64,000 nucleotides of DNA from contig OZ024741.1 in NCBI GenBank assembly GCA_964016885.1, positions 13,268,001 to 13,332,000 on the forward strand, written 5' to 3'. Made by a program: the position numbers and the translations under genes. Of this stretch, positions 13,400 to 26,925 are shown in pieces. Under the pieces are notes generated by a model, which had not been told where the DNA came from, made no database searches, and saw only the letters and a program-made list of their open reading frames with translations. This stretch comes from Eledone cirrhosa (taxonomy: Eukaryota). Within the stretch, counting starts at the first letter, position 1. Each line of letters begins with the position of its first letter.

Positions 13400-15345
13400 A
13401 TAGTTTCTTCTTACGTGACCCGTGTTTCTCAATCGATCAACTCAAGGTACGATCATGCAGTCATTCTAATGTACACACTACCATTATAAAACTGAGAAGC
13501 AATCGATTCCAGAGTCAGGTCCGATCATGACCGATCGTATCTTGGCCTGATCGATTGTGAAACGTACGGTACACAAGAATATAACATTATAAGATGCTGA
13601 GTAAAAGATGTCTACGGTGAGAATCGCTGGAAGCGACCTGCTACCGAGAAGATATACTAGACCACATTACAACGTCAACTGAGAAGGATGAAAAACGATT
13701 GGTGGGCATATGTATCGCAAGAGGTGCAAGCTACCTTTCATAGTCAGGATTGTAAAACATGTTATGCCTTATTACAGCAATCGGTCCTCAACCATCTTCC
13801 CTTGTTCCTGTGCCATCGAAGGATGGAGTAGTTCTCTAGAAACACCAAGAGGACATTATGAAGAAATAGAAAGAACATTTCTCTGACCTTTTTTACAATC
13901 CTTCTATTGTCAATTTAGTATACCTTAGCTTGATATGATATACATGGAAAATCCACTGACTATTGAAGAAACTAGAATGCGGTCGCCCTCCGACAGGTTC
14001 GCGGTCGTACCCTTGGCAGTGAAGACTTCTGGTGTCCTCGGCTAGTCACCCGCAGGTGTGAGTCTCGCGAGTTGGAATGGCTCTTCCAGCGCATCTCCCT
14101 TACCCTCCTCCGAGGAAACGCCTTCTCCACCCTGTCCGCCGGGGCTGTGGGGAGGCCAGCACGTGGGACCCCATTTGCTCACCATACGGATTAATAGGCA
14201 AAGTTATAAACTATTGTAAATAAGTGTACCTCACAGGTAAACACAGGCAATGCACCAGGGTTAGATGGGATTTCAGTCGAATTATTGAACGCTGAAGGAG
14301 TCCACGTATCATTAGTTATCCATGCACCATGTTAGGAAAGGGCACTAAAACCGCAAGACTGTGTTCATGGAATCTTTAACACCATCTACAAAGGTAAAGG
14401 AATAATATCCAATTGTAAGAACTTTGGTAAGATCACAATACTGGAATCTGTTGGAAAAGTAATAACTAGGCTGATGCTGAATCACTGATTCTTCCATAAA
14501 CTCAATCTGATTTCAGAGCAAGAAGAGGATTAGAACAGCATATGCCTTTGTATCATGTTTTTTATCAACTAGACTAAGGGTTTTGTTACAGTCAATAGAG
14601 GAGCCTTATGGATCATTCTTAGTAAATTAGGCTGTCCACAGAAATTTTTACAAATTTTCCCACAACTATATTGAGACGTGAAGGCCAGTGTTGTATTTAA
14701 TGGAAAACTCTCGGAACAAATTTCCGTGGACAACGGTGTTAAGCAAGGGGACATTCCTGCCCCAACACCGTTTGCAATTTACTTTGACGTTATCCTTCCT
14801 TTTGTCTTCCAAAACTGCAATCAAGGCATAAACCTACGTTTCCTAAGATCTGAGCAAGTTTTAATTTAAGAAGATTTAATAATAAATCTGTGACATTCAA
14901 TTTGTTCGAGAACTTTTGTATATTAATGATGCAGGCTTTGTTGTAGACTTAGAAGCAGGCATGCAATACACGATGAATAAATCTTCTGAAGCCTGTGCTC
15001 TTTTTTAGCTCACTTTAAGCTTAACTAAGACCAAGGTGATGTACACTCCAGCAAAAGGAGAATCTTATGTTGTGCCAAATATACATGTGAATGAGACTAG
15101 GTTGGCAGCGATGGACGTTTTTGTGTATCCGGGAGTTTAGACGCAGAAATACATCTTCGAGTACAGAAGTGAAAAGGGTGTGGTCAGAGAGAGGCATAAC
15201 ATTGAGGACGAAAATAATTGTGTATGAGGTATGTAAACTTAGAGTTTTCTTGTGTAGGTGTGAGGCATGGATCATACATCAGCGGCATTTCATGATACTT
15301 GACAGATTCCACCAAAAGTGTCTTCGGCAAATACTAGGTATTGAA
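13400..15345 (+). mobile_element. Old degenerate RTE-clade LINE (RT region), interrupted by a CRE-like fragment
   Basis: Remnants such as NAPGLDGI, YKGKG, NGVKQGDIPAPTPF, ITLRTKIIVY, LDRFHQKCLRQILGI, with many stops. Confidence 0.8.
13988..14222 (+). mobile_element. CRE-like 3' fragment inserted into the RTE
   Basis: Near-identical to 2646-2921 apart from a ~40-bp internal deletion. Confidence 0.75.
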
Positions 15346-15450
15346 TTGTATGCATGCATGCATATATGTATGTATATATGTATATATGTATGTATGTATG
15401 TATGTATGCATGCATGTATATATGTTTGTATGTATGTATATGTATGTATG

Positions 15451-16188
15451 ATCTTCTGGTTTTATAATTTTACAAATTTTTGCCAATAGAGAGTCGGTTT
15501 CTAACATAGACACAAGACTCTCTCATTGGAATTTACACATCAACTAGGTAGATATGTATGTCTGCATGCATGTGTAGATATGGATGTTGTTGTATGTGTG
15601 GATGTGCATGTGTATATGCTTAGTATCTGTACATGTGTATATGCAGTTATTAGATGCAATAATATTTATCTTAATTTTACGTTCAACAAACGTCGCTTGT
15701 TGGCGTAATTGTTTCGCTGTGAAATAATTTAGCTCTGGGTGTATTTCGTCCCAGTGTAGCTTTATTCTCTTCATATAGCCAATGGGGGGATTGTTTTGTG
15801 CCATTTATAACAATTAAATAAATCATTATTAAGTTCGCAACTCCAAGAGAAATGCGATTTATAATTTCGGTTTCTTCTGTAGCTACAACTGAATAAATTT
15901 TGTTTACCGTTCTCGTCGTTTGTCTTCGATATTCCACTAATGTTGTTGTTGTTGATGTTGTGTTCAGCCATGCTGTTTGTAGCAAATCCTTGTAAAATGA
16001 ATTATGTATTTAGTCGGATATCTCTACGAATTCGAATAAAAGGTGTCTTCCGTGGATATAGTTAAAAGAATAACCAGTTATTCAACATGACTGTAGTTGT
16101 GGCATTACTGTCGGAGATAGTATTCATCTTAAATTTAATGAATAGTCTCCGACGCCAAAATGCGCGACTGATCGTGTTGACTGACTGT
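15451..16188 (-). mobile_element. Internally deleted R4/Dong-like LINE (5' region joined to 3' UTR)
   Basis: 15451-15660 matches the 3' end at 40330-40565; 15660-15800 encodes GYMKRIKLHWDEIHP...TAKQLRQQA, resembling the R4-type N-terminal domain; (TACA)n-like flanks. Confidence 0.65.
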
Positions 16189-16315
16189 ATGCATGCATGT
16201 ATGTATGTATGTATGTATGTATGTATGTATGTATGTATGTATGTATGTGTATATGTATGTGTGTGTATGTGTATGTGTATGTATATGTATGTATGTACAT
16301 ATATATATATATATA

Positions 16316-16501
16316 ACGAAGGAAGTGTGGTAAGGAACCAGGTGGACCATAACGCACCAGAGTACTCGATACTATAGGTAGTACAGTGGGTAATAGAAAA
16401 GAGCCAGGACCCCGACGGCTGAGCTCCGGCCGTTTCGACAGCTAGTTCTGAACTTGTCGAAACGGCCGGAGCTCAGCCGTCGGAGTCCTGACTCTTTTCC
16501 T

Positions 16502-16502
<1 letters not shown>
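16316..16502 (-). mobile_element. Family B fold-back mini-element (palindrome 16396-16502 plus tail)
   Basis: cgacggctgagctccggccgtttcgaca / tgtcgaaacggccggagctcagccgtcg; GAAAC-GGC...GCC-GTC HHR half; related to 39443-39633. Confidence 0.8.
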
Positions 16503-16542
<40 letters not shown>

Positions 16543-16670
16543 AAGATCGGAATTAAGAGTATTCCGCAGTTGACTGTAATAATAATAATAGTATTAGCTC
16601 AAAGAAGAAATAGAGAATTTCCTTCTGAGCTCAAATGCAAGTATATATTACACAAAGAGAAGTGTGTTAC

Positions 16671-16858
<188 letters not shown>

Positions 16859-16926
16859 TTATATTACACAAGTATATATTACACAAAGAGAAGTGTGTTA
16901 TATATATATATATACATATATATATA

Positions 16927-17005
<79 letters not shown>

Positions 17006-17311
17006 ATTCTTCATTAAACATAAATAATCTTGTTGGTTATTTTAAGATTCACTTCTTTAAAATGTTCAAATGTCAACACTTCCTGTTACCGATCGCTTAA
17101 ATAAACATTCATATATTTCCTAGTGCAGTTTATATATAATATCGTCTTGTTTTAATGTATCATGGATTACGCTACTGATTACATAAGAGAGTGTAACGCA
17201 GTCTTCGCTCAATTTCTGTGTATATTGTCAATTACCATTTTATTTGCTGTATCATATCTACATGCATATATACTTGCGTATAATATGCGTACAATATACA
17301 CACTACACATG

Positions 17312-17349
17312 CTAGCAGAAAACCACCCGAAAGGTGGTTTTTCTGCTAG
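17312..17349. other. Palindromic Helitron-like 3' terminus, CTAG at both ends
   Basis: ctagcagaaaaccacc-cgaaa-ggtggtttttctgctag followed by (TA)n. Confidence 0.5.
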
Positions 17350-17381
<32 letters not shown>

Positions 17382-17500
17382 TAATTTAATATATCAACTA
17401 ACATAGGCGCACAGATGCACGTCCACGCCAGCAAATACACAGGTTATGTCATAGTACCTAGGTGGTTCAATGCAGGAGGGTGCAGAACAATAATTTTACG

Positions 17501-17585
<85 letters not shown>

Positions 17586-17899
17586 CGTACATACATATAT
17601 GTATACAGACGTACAGTAGTATGTATATACATACATACATGCACACATATATATATGTACGTATGGGTTTACCGAACATTTATATTCCACAGTGATACTT
17701 CTCGCAGTGATATTGTACAGTAGAACAGAAATGTGCCGTAAACTATTCAGTAGCACAATCTTCTGTACCCCGAGTTTTCTGGGAGGTCTCCATCTATAAG
17801 ATTAAATTTAGGGACACCTTTCATTGCACTTGGAGAGAAAGCAATCTTAAACCATTGCTCAATAAACAAACAAACAATGGCGTCAATTTCATGTCATCA

Positions 17900-18298
17900 A
17901 TGGGCTGAAAAGTTCATAGACTCACTATGAAGAACTGTGGCTATGCTAGAGCTATGAAATCTTGCATGAGAGTATCTTCGTCAGCCTATGAAGGAGTGAT
18001 GCTAGAGCTGTAAAATCTTGCATGCATTGATTTCAACTTTTCTTATTAATAACTGCTTTGTTTCTTCCCAGGGACTATGCTGAAAAATAAACTTCAATTG
18101 GTCATTCCATGAGAGTATCTTGGTCATAGGCTGATTATGAAGTAGTAATGCTAGGGTTGTGAAATCTTGCTTACATTAATTTCAACTCTTCTTATTAATA
18201 ACTGCATGATTTCTTTCCATGGACTTTGTTGAAAAATAAACCATATTTGGTCATTCCATGAAACCTTCAGCCTACGAACTTTTCAGCTGACCCTTGTA
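17900..18298. mobile_element. Tc1/mariner-type MITE with internal tandem duplications
   Basis: Terminal inverted repeat gctgaaaagttcatag / ctacgaacttttcagc-tgacccttgta; internal ~130-bp repeats 'gctag..gtgaaatcttgc'. Confidence 0.6.
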
Positions 18299-18429
18299 CT
18301 CTGGTAAATTTTTTCAAATTTTGAGATTAAAGTTTTAGGTTCTAAAACATTTCAAGGCAGCTCATATTAATTTAACCACTAAATCTGGTCTTAACTCATT
18401 CACTATATCTATCTTTCAGTCTATTCTAT

Positions 18430-18792
18430 CCTTCTTTAGGTACCACTTTAGAAGGAGAATCAGAGGGAAGAGAGAGGTACTGCACCCCAGTAAATTTACT
18501 GAAAGGTGGGTGAATATAACAAAAATGGCCCGAGTGATTGGGCCTTCTCTGTATATAAGCCTGTAGGTTGAAGAAGAGAGCAAAAAGAAGAAAGGAGCAC
18601 TTGCAAAACATGCTCCTGGAGTTGAGGGTTGTTCTATCTACAGGGTATTAAACAACCCATTTGTAACGCCTCCCTCTACTGGGGATTTCGATTGTTGAAT
18701 TTGTTTGTATTTACACGATTGTATGTAAAATCCTCGGCATGTGTCTTTGTATTGTCCCCTTTTCTTGTGCGCCCTTGTGGCAAATAAAGAAA
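18430..18792 (+). mobile_element. Tx1/L1-clade 3' end fragment
   Basis: Reverse complement of 11262-11630; ends AATAAAGAAA then (TCTA)n. Confidence 0.85.
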
Positions 18793-18821
18793 TATATCTA
18801 TCTTTCAGTCTATCTATCTAT

Positions 18822-21800
18822 AACACCCCCATGGAAATCGTGCAGCCTGGTCCCCAAGAGACGAAGGGTGAGTGATCTCTTTTCCTCTTTTAACTTTTCA
18901 GCACCAACATGGCCAATATAAGAGTTGGATGTGTGAACGTACGCGGCCTGGGGATGCCCTGGAAACAGGGCAAACTCTTAAACGACCTCAGGTCGCACAT
19001 TATGGATGTGGTAGCCATTTGCGAGTCCAGGATCCACAGCGAGCGACAGCTGGCCCCCATCTTCGATGACTTTGAGATCTACGCATCTCTCTGTCAACCG
19101 GGGGGTGGGGGCGGAGTTGCCGTTTTGCTGCGGAAACACCTGGGCCTCGTTACACAGACGGTACATCTGGACCCGGAGGGTCGACTGGTGGTCCTAGACG
19201 TTGGCGGTAGTGAAGGTGGAGCTTTCAGGCTGGTGGCCGCATATGCCCCATCCGGGACACCGCGGCCAGACTTCTTCAAACGTCTAGAGACTTTTCTGGG
19301 AACGTCCCGCTCCTTGCTTTTAGTGGGGGACTGGAATGGAATCCTAGATGCACGTTGGGACTATGTGGGAGCATGTCCCGAAAAACGGGGGGTGTAACAG
19401 CCTCAAACAGTTAATCGACCGATTTGACCTGGCCGATAGATATCGACTACATTTTCCGACTGCGTCACTGTGGACGTGGACTAATCGAGCGGAACATCTA
19501 GATCGTACCTAGATAGGGTTCTAGTTAGAAATAAGGATAGAAATGTTCATGGTTGCCTATTCAGATCACAAACTAGTGACCTGCATGGCCAACCTTGATA
19601 GAACCCATAGACAAGGACCCGGCTACTGGAAGCTGAACTTGTCGTTACCGACAAGCAAAGCCTACAGTAGACGGATTAGCACTTTAGTTAAACAGCACTT
19701 GACAGGGGCCATTGTCAACAACAGATGGTGGTACTCTCTCAAGAGGGCAGTTAGATTAGAATCCTTAGTTTTTAGTAAAGGATTAGCGTTAGATAGAAAT
19801 AGAACCGAGAAGGAACTGGTAGATAAAGTAGAAGAGGCAATTAGAAGTGGCAACGTAGCCAGCGTGCTAGCAATGAGAACGGCCTTGGACCAGTTCTTCG
19901 ACGCAAAGCACGAAGGCTGCGTTGTCAGAAGCAAAATACGTGCTCTGAGAAACGAGGGAGCCAAAGCTGTTAACTGGGCCCGAGTGACGGAGGCAAAAAG
20001 TGGCAACAAGTCCACGATTCGGTCTTTGAAGGACCAAAACGGACGCGTGATACGTGAGCCGAAGCAGATGAGTGCGGCCTTTCAGCGGCACTTTGCTCAG
20101 CTGTTCGGGCGGGGAGGCGCGCCGGGAGGGGCTATGGATTTCGGTCCATACCTCGACGGCCTACCGCGACTCTCGGACAGCGAGGCAAAGTTCTGCGAAA
20201 AGCCGATTTCAGCCGCTGAGATAGGGGACGCGTTGAGCCAATCCGGCAAACGCAAATCTCCAGGTTTCGACCGTCTACCCTACGAATTTTACGTAGCAAT
20301 GCCGGACTTATTCTCCGGTCTCCTGGAAGCGGTCTACTGCAACTGGCAACAGAACGGGAGAATTCCCAGTTCTGTAACCGGGGGCGTAGTCACACTAATC
20401 AGGAAGGACGAGAATAAGGTGGATGACATAGGCAACTTCCGGCCCATAACTCTGCTAAACACAGAATTACAGATATTGGCCAAGGTGTTGGCAAAGAGGC
20501 TGGCGCTTGTCGTCGAGAACCTGGTGGGAGAAGCGCAGACATGCGCAATCCCGACCAGGTCCATACACGACAACATCCACCTCATGCGATACATCATAGA
20601 GAGGGTTGCGTGTAAACCCGGCTTCGGTGGGGCCCTGATCAACTTGGATCAGTCTAAGGCTTTCGATAGGGTCGACCATCGTTACCTGGATGCGGTGCTC
20701 GAGGCGGCAGGCTTCGGACCCGTGTTCAGGGGCTGGATTGCTGCAATGCACAACAGCAACATCTGCTCAAGGGTCAAGGTGAATGGCTACCTCTCGGAGC
20801 CGTTCCATATTATGCGATCCATTCGACAGGGATGCCCTCTCTCCTCCCTTCTGTACGTACTGACTCTCGAGCCACTACTGCGGAAGTTGGAGCTATTGCA
20901 GGGCATCCCTCTGGAACCGGGACTGCGGAAAGTGGCGTCGGCCTACGCCGACCACGTGACAGTAATGGTGTTGAGCGCCTCGCAAATCGAGGAAGTCGGC
21001 ACCTTACTGAAGGAACACGAAAGTTTCCCAGGAGCGAAGCTGAACCGGGAAAAGTCCATCGGTTTGCAACTCGGATCGTGGAGAGGCAAACCAATTCCTT
21101 CCGATGGCGTCGTCGGACGCTGGACGGAAGGACCGGTAAAGCTGCTCGGGGTCTGGTTTGGTCCGGACCTCAGGTGGAGAAGAACTCAAACGAAGTGACG
21201 GCCAAGGTGTTTGCACTCACCCAGAAGTGGGCCGAGTGCAAACTATCCTTGAAAGGTCGAGCGGAGGTGGCGAACACTTTTATAGCGTCCGCCATCTACT
21301 ACCGCTTGACCGTCGTGCTTTGTCCAGCCAAAACGCTCGCCAAAATGGAGCGCGCGCCCTTCCAATGAGAAGATCCATCTGCTGCCAACACCCTTCTAAC
21401 GGAGGGCTGGGGATGCCGTGGTTGACGATGCGCAAACACGCGCTCAGGCTGCGGCATCTCTACGACTCGTCTCGCTGACCGAGCTGCAGTCCTGAGTCAA
21501 ACAAAGACCGAGGAAAATGGGCGACTGGCACATCGAATGTGCTCAGGCGCTCACAGCCCTCTGGCAGGCGGACCCGGCGATCAGTGGAGACTCCACTTCG
21601 TCATTCTATAGAGGGTTGGTCCGCAGCAAGTGCGACGACGCGCTCGGTGAAACTCTAGGCGTAGAGGAAGACGAACTGGCCAGTCTGTTCGGTAGGACCT
21701 TCCGCCCGGGACCGATGGACAACTTCCAAAATCCCTGGCCTGGCAGTGCTACCGAGGAGCTCTACCAGTTCGAGACAAGCTCTACAGACATGGGCGCCCG

Positions 21801-22303
21801 GGAAGGGACCCTGCAAAAAAGATCTGTCCGAGGTGCGTGCGAGACGAAGAAACCGTCGCGCAGGCATTCATACACTGCCTGGGCGTCACTGACCTGTGGG
21901 GCTATGTAGAACGACTATTGTCGCGGGTGGGACCAATCCGGTTGACCACCGAGTCCATTGTCATGATCAAACCGCCACCCTCCTTCAAAAACGAAGGAGA
22001 GGAGGTTTTCCTTTGTGTGATAGCTATGGCGAAAGAGGTTGTATGGTGGACAAGGTTGAAAGGGCTGAAGTCAGACACCTTTCTCTCCGGCCAACAACTG
22101 ATTCTTTTTTTCAAATACCACTTTGGAAGAAGAATCAGGATGGAGGGAGAGGTGCTGTACCCCAGCAAGTTTTATGAAAGTTGGGTGAAAGTGGCGAGAA
22201 TGGCCCGAGTGAATGGGCCTTCTCTCTATATCAGCCTGTAGTTTGAGGAAAAGGAGGAGGAGAGGAAAGGAGTACAAACTCTTCGTACTCCTAGAGATGA
22301 GGG
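18822..22303 (+). mobile_element. Tx1/L1-clade LINE with almost complete but frameshifted ORF2 (APE endonuclease, RT, Cys motif); ORF1 and 3' tail missing
   Basis: MANIRVGCVNVRGL, ICESR, VGDWNGIL, SYLDRV, YSDHKLV (APE); KSPGFD, NFRPITLLN, LDQSKAFDRVDH, RQGCPLS, AYADHV (RT); frameshifts near 19390, 19490, 21175, 21365, 21730. Confidence 0.95.
19543..21198 (+). pseudogene. Longest open segment of Tx1 ORF2 (reverse transcriptase)
   Basis: RT motifs as above; YADD changed to YADH. Confidence 0.88.
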
Positions 22304-22751
22304 CGGCCAGTTATGTTAAACATTCTGTCAGTAGTTGTCAATTCTCTTGTTTTTCTTGTTATGGAAATCATATTTTTAACGTTTCAAATCAGTCACAGGA
22401 AGCAACAACAGTTTGAGTGAATTCCTTTTCTGAATCCAACCGATTAAATAAATATAACGCCTTTTGCTTAGTAGTAATGGGTTAGGAAAGAGTGACATGG
22501 TAATATAACATTCACCCAAACACTTAACATTTTCTTTAATATTTGTCATAGTTTTACAGCGTGTGAGAGTATAGAAACGTGCGCTTCATAGAATCTAGCA
22601 TGGCAACTTATACTAGGTCCGACTGATTCAGCACGGTTTTTAGAGTTAAAAGTACAAATTATAATGATTGTGCAATAACATGTTTCTTTTCATCTCTTTT
22701 CTTTATAATCATTAGTTGGCTTCTAATGGTTATTACATTGCTTTTACATGA

Positions 22752-22872
22752 CATGATGGCATTACATGATGGGATAACATGACGGGATAACATGGTGGGA
22801 TAACATGGTGGGATAACATGGTGGGATATCATGATGGGATAACATGATGAGATAATATGATGGGATAACATG
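22752..22872. repeat. 12-bp minisatellite (gggataacatg(a/g))
   Basis: About 9 tandem units. Confidence 0.85.
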
Positions 22873-23424
22873 AGTGTTGATAATTAGAGTGCTAACATGA
22901 GTGTTGAATAAATACTGTACTTTACAAAATGGAGCACCAGCAAAGAACCCAGAATAAAGTAAACCAAGTGTAACCGACTAAATGATATATTCTGTGTGCC
23001 TTAATAAAGTAACGATAAGTCTCAGGTTTCCTAGACAAGCTCTGTAACCGAATGGTTTGTAATAAAGCAACGATAACATATATATAGGAGGTTCATATTT
23101 TAGTGGGAAGTTCCGAGGACCACTAAGTCATTGGAATGGCTTTTTTTCCTCCGTCAGTATTTTGTCTTGTAAAATAGCAGCAATATTAAGCCTTGTTTGT
23201 ATGTGAGTGTGTTAGTGTGTGTGAGTGTGTGTGTGAGTGAGTTGTGTGTCTATGTGTGTGTGTGCGCGTGTTAGTGTGTGTGAGTGTGTGTGTGAGTGAG
23301 TTGTGTGTGTTTGTTTGTGTGTGTGTGTTAGTGTGTGTGAGTGTGTTAGTGTGTGTGAGTGTGTTAGTGTGTGTGAGTGTGTTAGTGTGTGTGAGTGAGT
23401 TGTGTGTGTGTGTGTATGTGTACA

Positions 23425-24750
23425 TAATTTCTTCTTAAAACCTGCGACTTCGTTTGTATCCAACGATGTAGACCAGTTTTACTTTCTGGGTAAACGCATT
23501 TGATGTTCAGAGAGTGGGATTGGCTCCGTACACAGCCTTTTCTCATTTCGAAAAGCTTCAAGCACAGGCATTGCTTGATATGTGACATTTTTTGCGATAC
23601 CTGGTATTGCTGGCCATAGACAAGTCCCTAGCAGGACTAAAAAGCCGCGTCTGTGATGCTCATGCTTAAGTATCCAGCGATAGCATTACTCGAAATTGTG
23701 TTGCAGCCATCACGTCAAGTATGTATGTATGTATGTATGTATGTATGTATGTATGTATGTATGTATGTATGTATGTATGTATGTATGTCAATAATTGTCA
23801 CAAGTGTAGTGTTTGTACCAGAGTTTTCAAGTCGCTGGCTGGACTAAAAAGTCACACTCGTTCAGCGCATCGGTAGGGGTTCTCCTACATGGATATAAAG
23901 TAGTGGCCGTACTCGAAAACGAGTTGGCAGCCACCATGTACGTATATATATATGTATGTATATATGTAGGGAGAGATGACTCCTTAGCCTTTGTCAAGGC
24001 AGAATTCTAGGAGAAGGAAAACTCTGATATAACACCTGCAACCCTGATGGTATCCAATGATGTTGACTTGTTCTTCTTTTTGGTAAATATCATCTTGGTT
24101 AAGAGAGTGGAACTGGCTTTGTGCAGTGCCTTTGCTCACTATAAAAGCTTCACGGCACAGGCATTGCTTTATATCTGGAGATCTCTCTGCACTTGTCGTC
24201 AGATGGTACCATGGACCCAGCACTATGTGTCAATAATTGTCACAAGTGTAGTGTTTGTACCAGATTTTTCAAGTTGCTGGCTGGACTGAAAAGTCACACT
24301 TGTTCAGCGCATCGGTAGGGGTTCTCCTTCATGGATATAAAGTAGTGGCCGTACTCGAAAACGAGTTAGCAGCCACCATGTATATATGTATGTATACATG
24401 CACGGGGACATGGAAATCCTTGATTAGCCTACAGAGAGTGAGAGACGCCTAGTTCTTGTTAGGACATCATTCTGAGACAAAGAAAACTGTACTGTAAACC
24501 CAATGACAGCCAATGATCTTGACCAGTTTTTCTTTTTGTATACCTGTCACCGTGGTTTAGAGAATGGGATTGGTCAAGTGCCAGGTCTTTCTTCACGTAA
24601 AAAAGCCCAGGCATCACTCGATCTAAACGAGATTCACGTGTGTTGCGAGAACATGGCCTTTTCTTTTTGCTTTCGCTGCAGCATATGCAGAAAGGAATCT
24701 AAGTCCTTGCAAGGGTTACAAAGTATGAGAGATAGGTCAAGAGGTGGCAA
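23425..24750 (+). mobile_element. Cluster of four RTE-type 3' ends with a C2H2 zinc-finger remnant and (TGTA)n tails (23425-23718, 23786-23938, 23970-24379, 24400-24750)
   Basis: HKCSVCTRVFKSLAGLKSHTRSAHR*; FRCSICRKESKSLQGLQS in the diverged copy; shared end 'gtggccgtactcgaaaacgagttggcagccacca(tgta)n'. Confidence 0.75.
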
Positions 24751-24754
24751 TTCT

Positions 24755-24852
24755 TGAAACTCAGATGCCTTTCATCCTTACGGGGTCGATAAAATAAAAT
24801 ACCAGTAATACACTGGGATAATTGGTGGCCTTGTGCCAAAAGTAGAAACAAT
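24755..24852 (+). mobile_element. SINE 3' fragment
   Basis: gcctttcatccttacggggtcgataaaataaaataccagt..., as at 38195-38282. Confidence 0.75.
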
Positions 24853-24967
24853 TATATATGTAAGCATGTTTACGCACACTCATATATTTATGTATATATG
24901 TTTATGTATGTATATATAAGTATGTATGCATATGTATGTATGTATCTATCTATATATATATTATATA

Positions 24968-25047
<80 letters not shown>

Positions 25048-25078
25048 TATACACACATACAAAAACACATATACATAC

Positions 25079-25159
<81 letters not shown>

Positions 25160-25686
25160 TGTATGTGTGTATATATATATACACACACAGTTGCAGGTAT
25201 TATTTCTAATCTAGTGGAATATGGTAAATATTAGTAAGCCGAAAGAGTATTTTAACGGTTATGGCTGTGTTTGTATGTGAATATATATTGTTAAACATAA
25301 AGTAAACGAGAAGACGACAGCATAAAACGAAGCTATTTTAGAAAGACAGGAAGGAACGAATGAACGAATGGAAGAAATATATGAAAAGAGAAAATATAAG
25401 AAAGAAAAAGGAACATGTCAAATAGAAAAGACATTTACGACAAAAGGAAAGTAGAAAAAGACAGAAGAATGAAGACTGAAGACAAGATGTCGTAAGGTGA
25501 AGAAGGAGAGAAGAAATTAATCTTTATAGAATGGCAGCCGATTGTGCACGTACATATATAGACATATGTATGTATACACAGCCAATATACATGTACTTAT
25601 ATATACATTCACGCAGAACATATGTATACATACACAGACACATACGTACACACACACTTATAGAGAGAGTGAGAGAGAGGTTTATA

Positions 25687-25876
25687 ATAGAAAAGGCTCC
25701 TTCAGGACTAGAACTGTTTCATTCGTGTGAAATCATCAGGATTCCTGATGATTTTTACAGGAATGAAACAGTTCTAGTCCTGTAGAAGCCTTTTCTATAT
25801 AAACCTCTATCGTCACTCTACACATGTATTGAGTACCTTATTTACTGTGGTTACACCCGACTCAACTCGGGATCTA
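25687..25876 (+). mobile_element. Family A fold-back HHR mini-element
   Basis: caggactagaactgtttc...catcaggattcCTGATGA...GAAACAGttctagtcCTGTAgaagcc plus tail 'gtattgagtacc...ctgtggttac'. Confidence 0.85.
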
Positions 25877-25907
25877 CTTTATACACACACACACACACAC
25901 ACATATA

Positions 25908-25963
<56 letters not shown>

Positions 25964-26138
25964 ACATATACTTACATAGACATGCGTACATATATACATA
26001 CATACCAAACACGTGTTTACATAGATATGCATACGCATATACATACACACTTAACCCATATACTGTACATATAGATACACAGAGGTCACTGGAACTGCTA
26101 AAAATGACAGCCAAATGGCCCTCAAATCACACTAGTAG

Positions 26139-26230
<92 letters not shown>

Positions 26231-26504
26231 TGTTACATGCCTCTAAAAAGACGTCATTGTCACGGCTGGAACGCCTTCGATCATGTCGTTAATGCGATCA
26301 GAATTAAGCTGGACTTAAACAACAACATAACAACCAAATCGTCCTCAATGTCCACCCTACGTCTTATAACAGGAAAAAGACATTGGATAATGTATTCCTA
26401 GATACACTATACCTAAAAAAAAACACAATACAATGACGAGGTTGTCATAATTAAAATGCCTTTGGCTGTAGATATCTCCGACCAGGCCATAAGAACACTT
26501 TCCT

Positions 26505-26536
<32 letters not shown>

Positions 26537-26890
26537 CTGTTCCATGTATAATGAGTGCCTCTAGAGGGTTGTTTGCTATGTTAAAAAAATCGCCAACGGA
26601 GATGTCACGACTGGGTTGTATTATTAATGATACACGGCTGACCTAGGGCTAATCACAATAACACACATACATACACACATACACACACATACATACATAT
26701 ACATATACATATACATACACACAACGAAAGGAAGTGTTAAGTTGAAAATGTGAAGTCGTGTGTTTGTCTTTTGTGTACGTCTGTATGTGTATGTGTGTAC
26801 ATATGTATGTATGAATGTGTGTGAACGTCTCTTTCTCTCTCTCTCTCTCTCTCTCTGTTACCCCCCTCTTTCTCGCGGTGTATATATATG

Positions 26891-26925
<35 letters not shown>

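Noticed and set aside
23855-23875. Host C2H2 zinc-finger gene
   Set aside because: The finger belongs to a multi-copy retroelement 3' end
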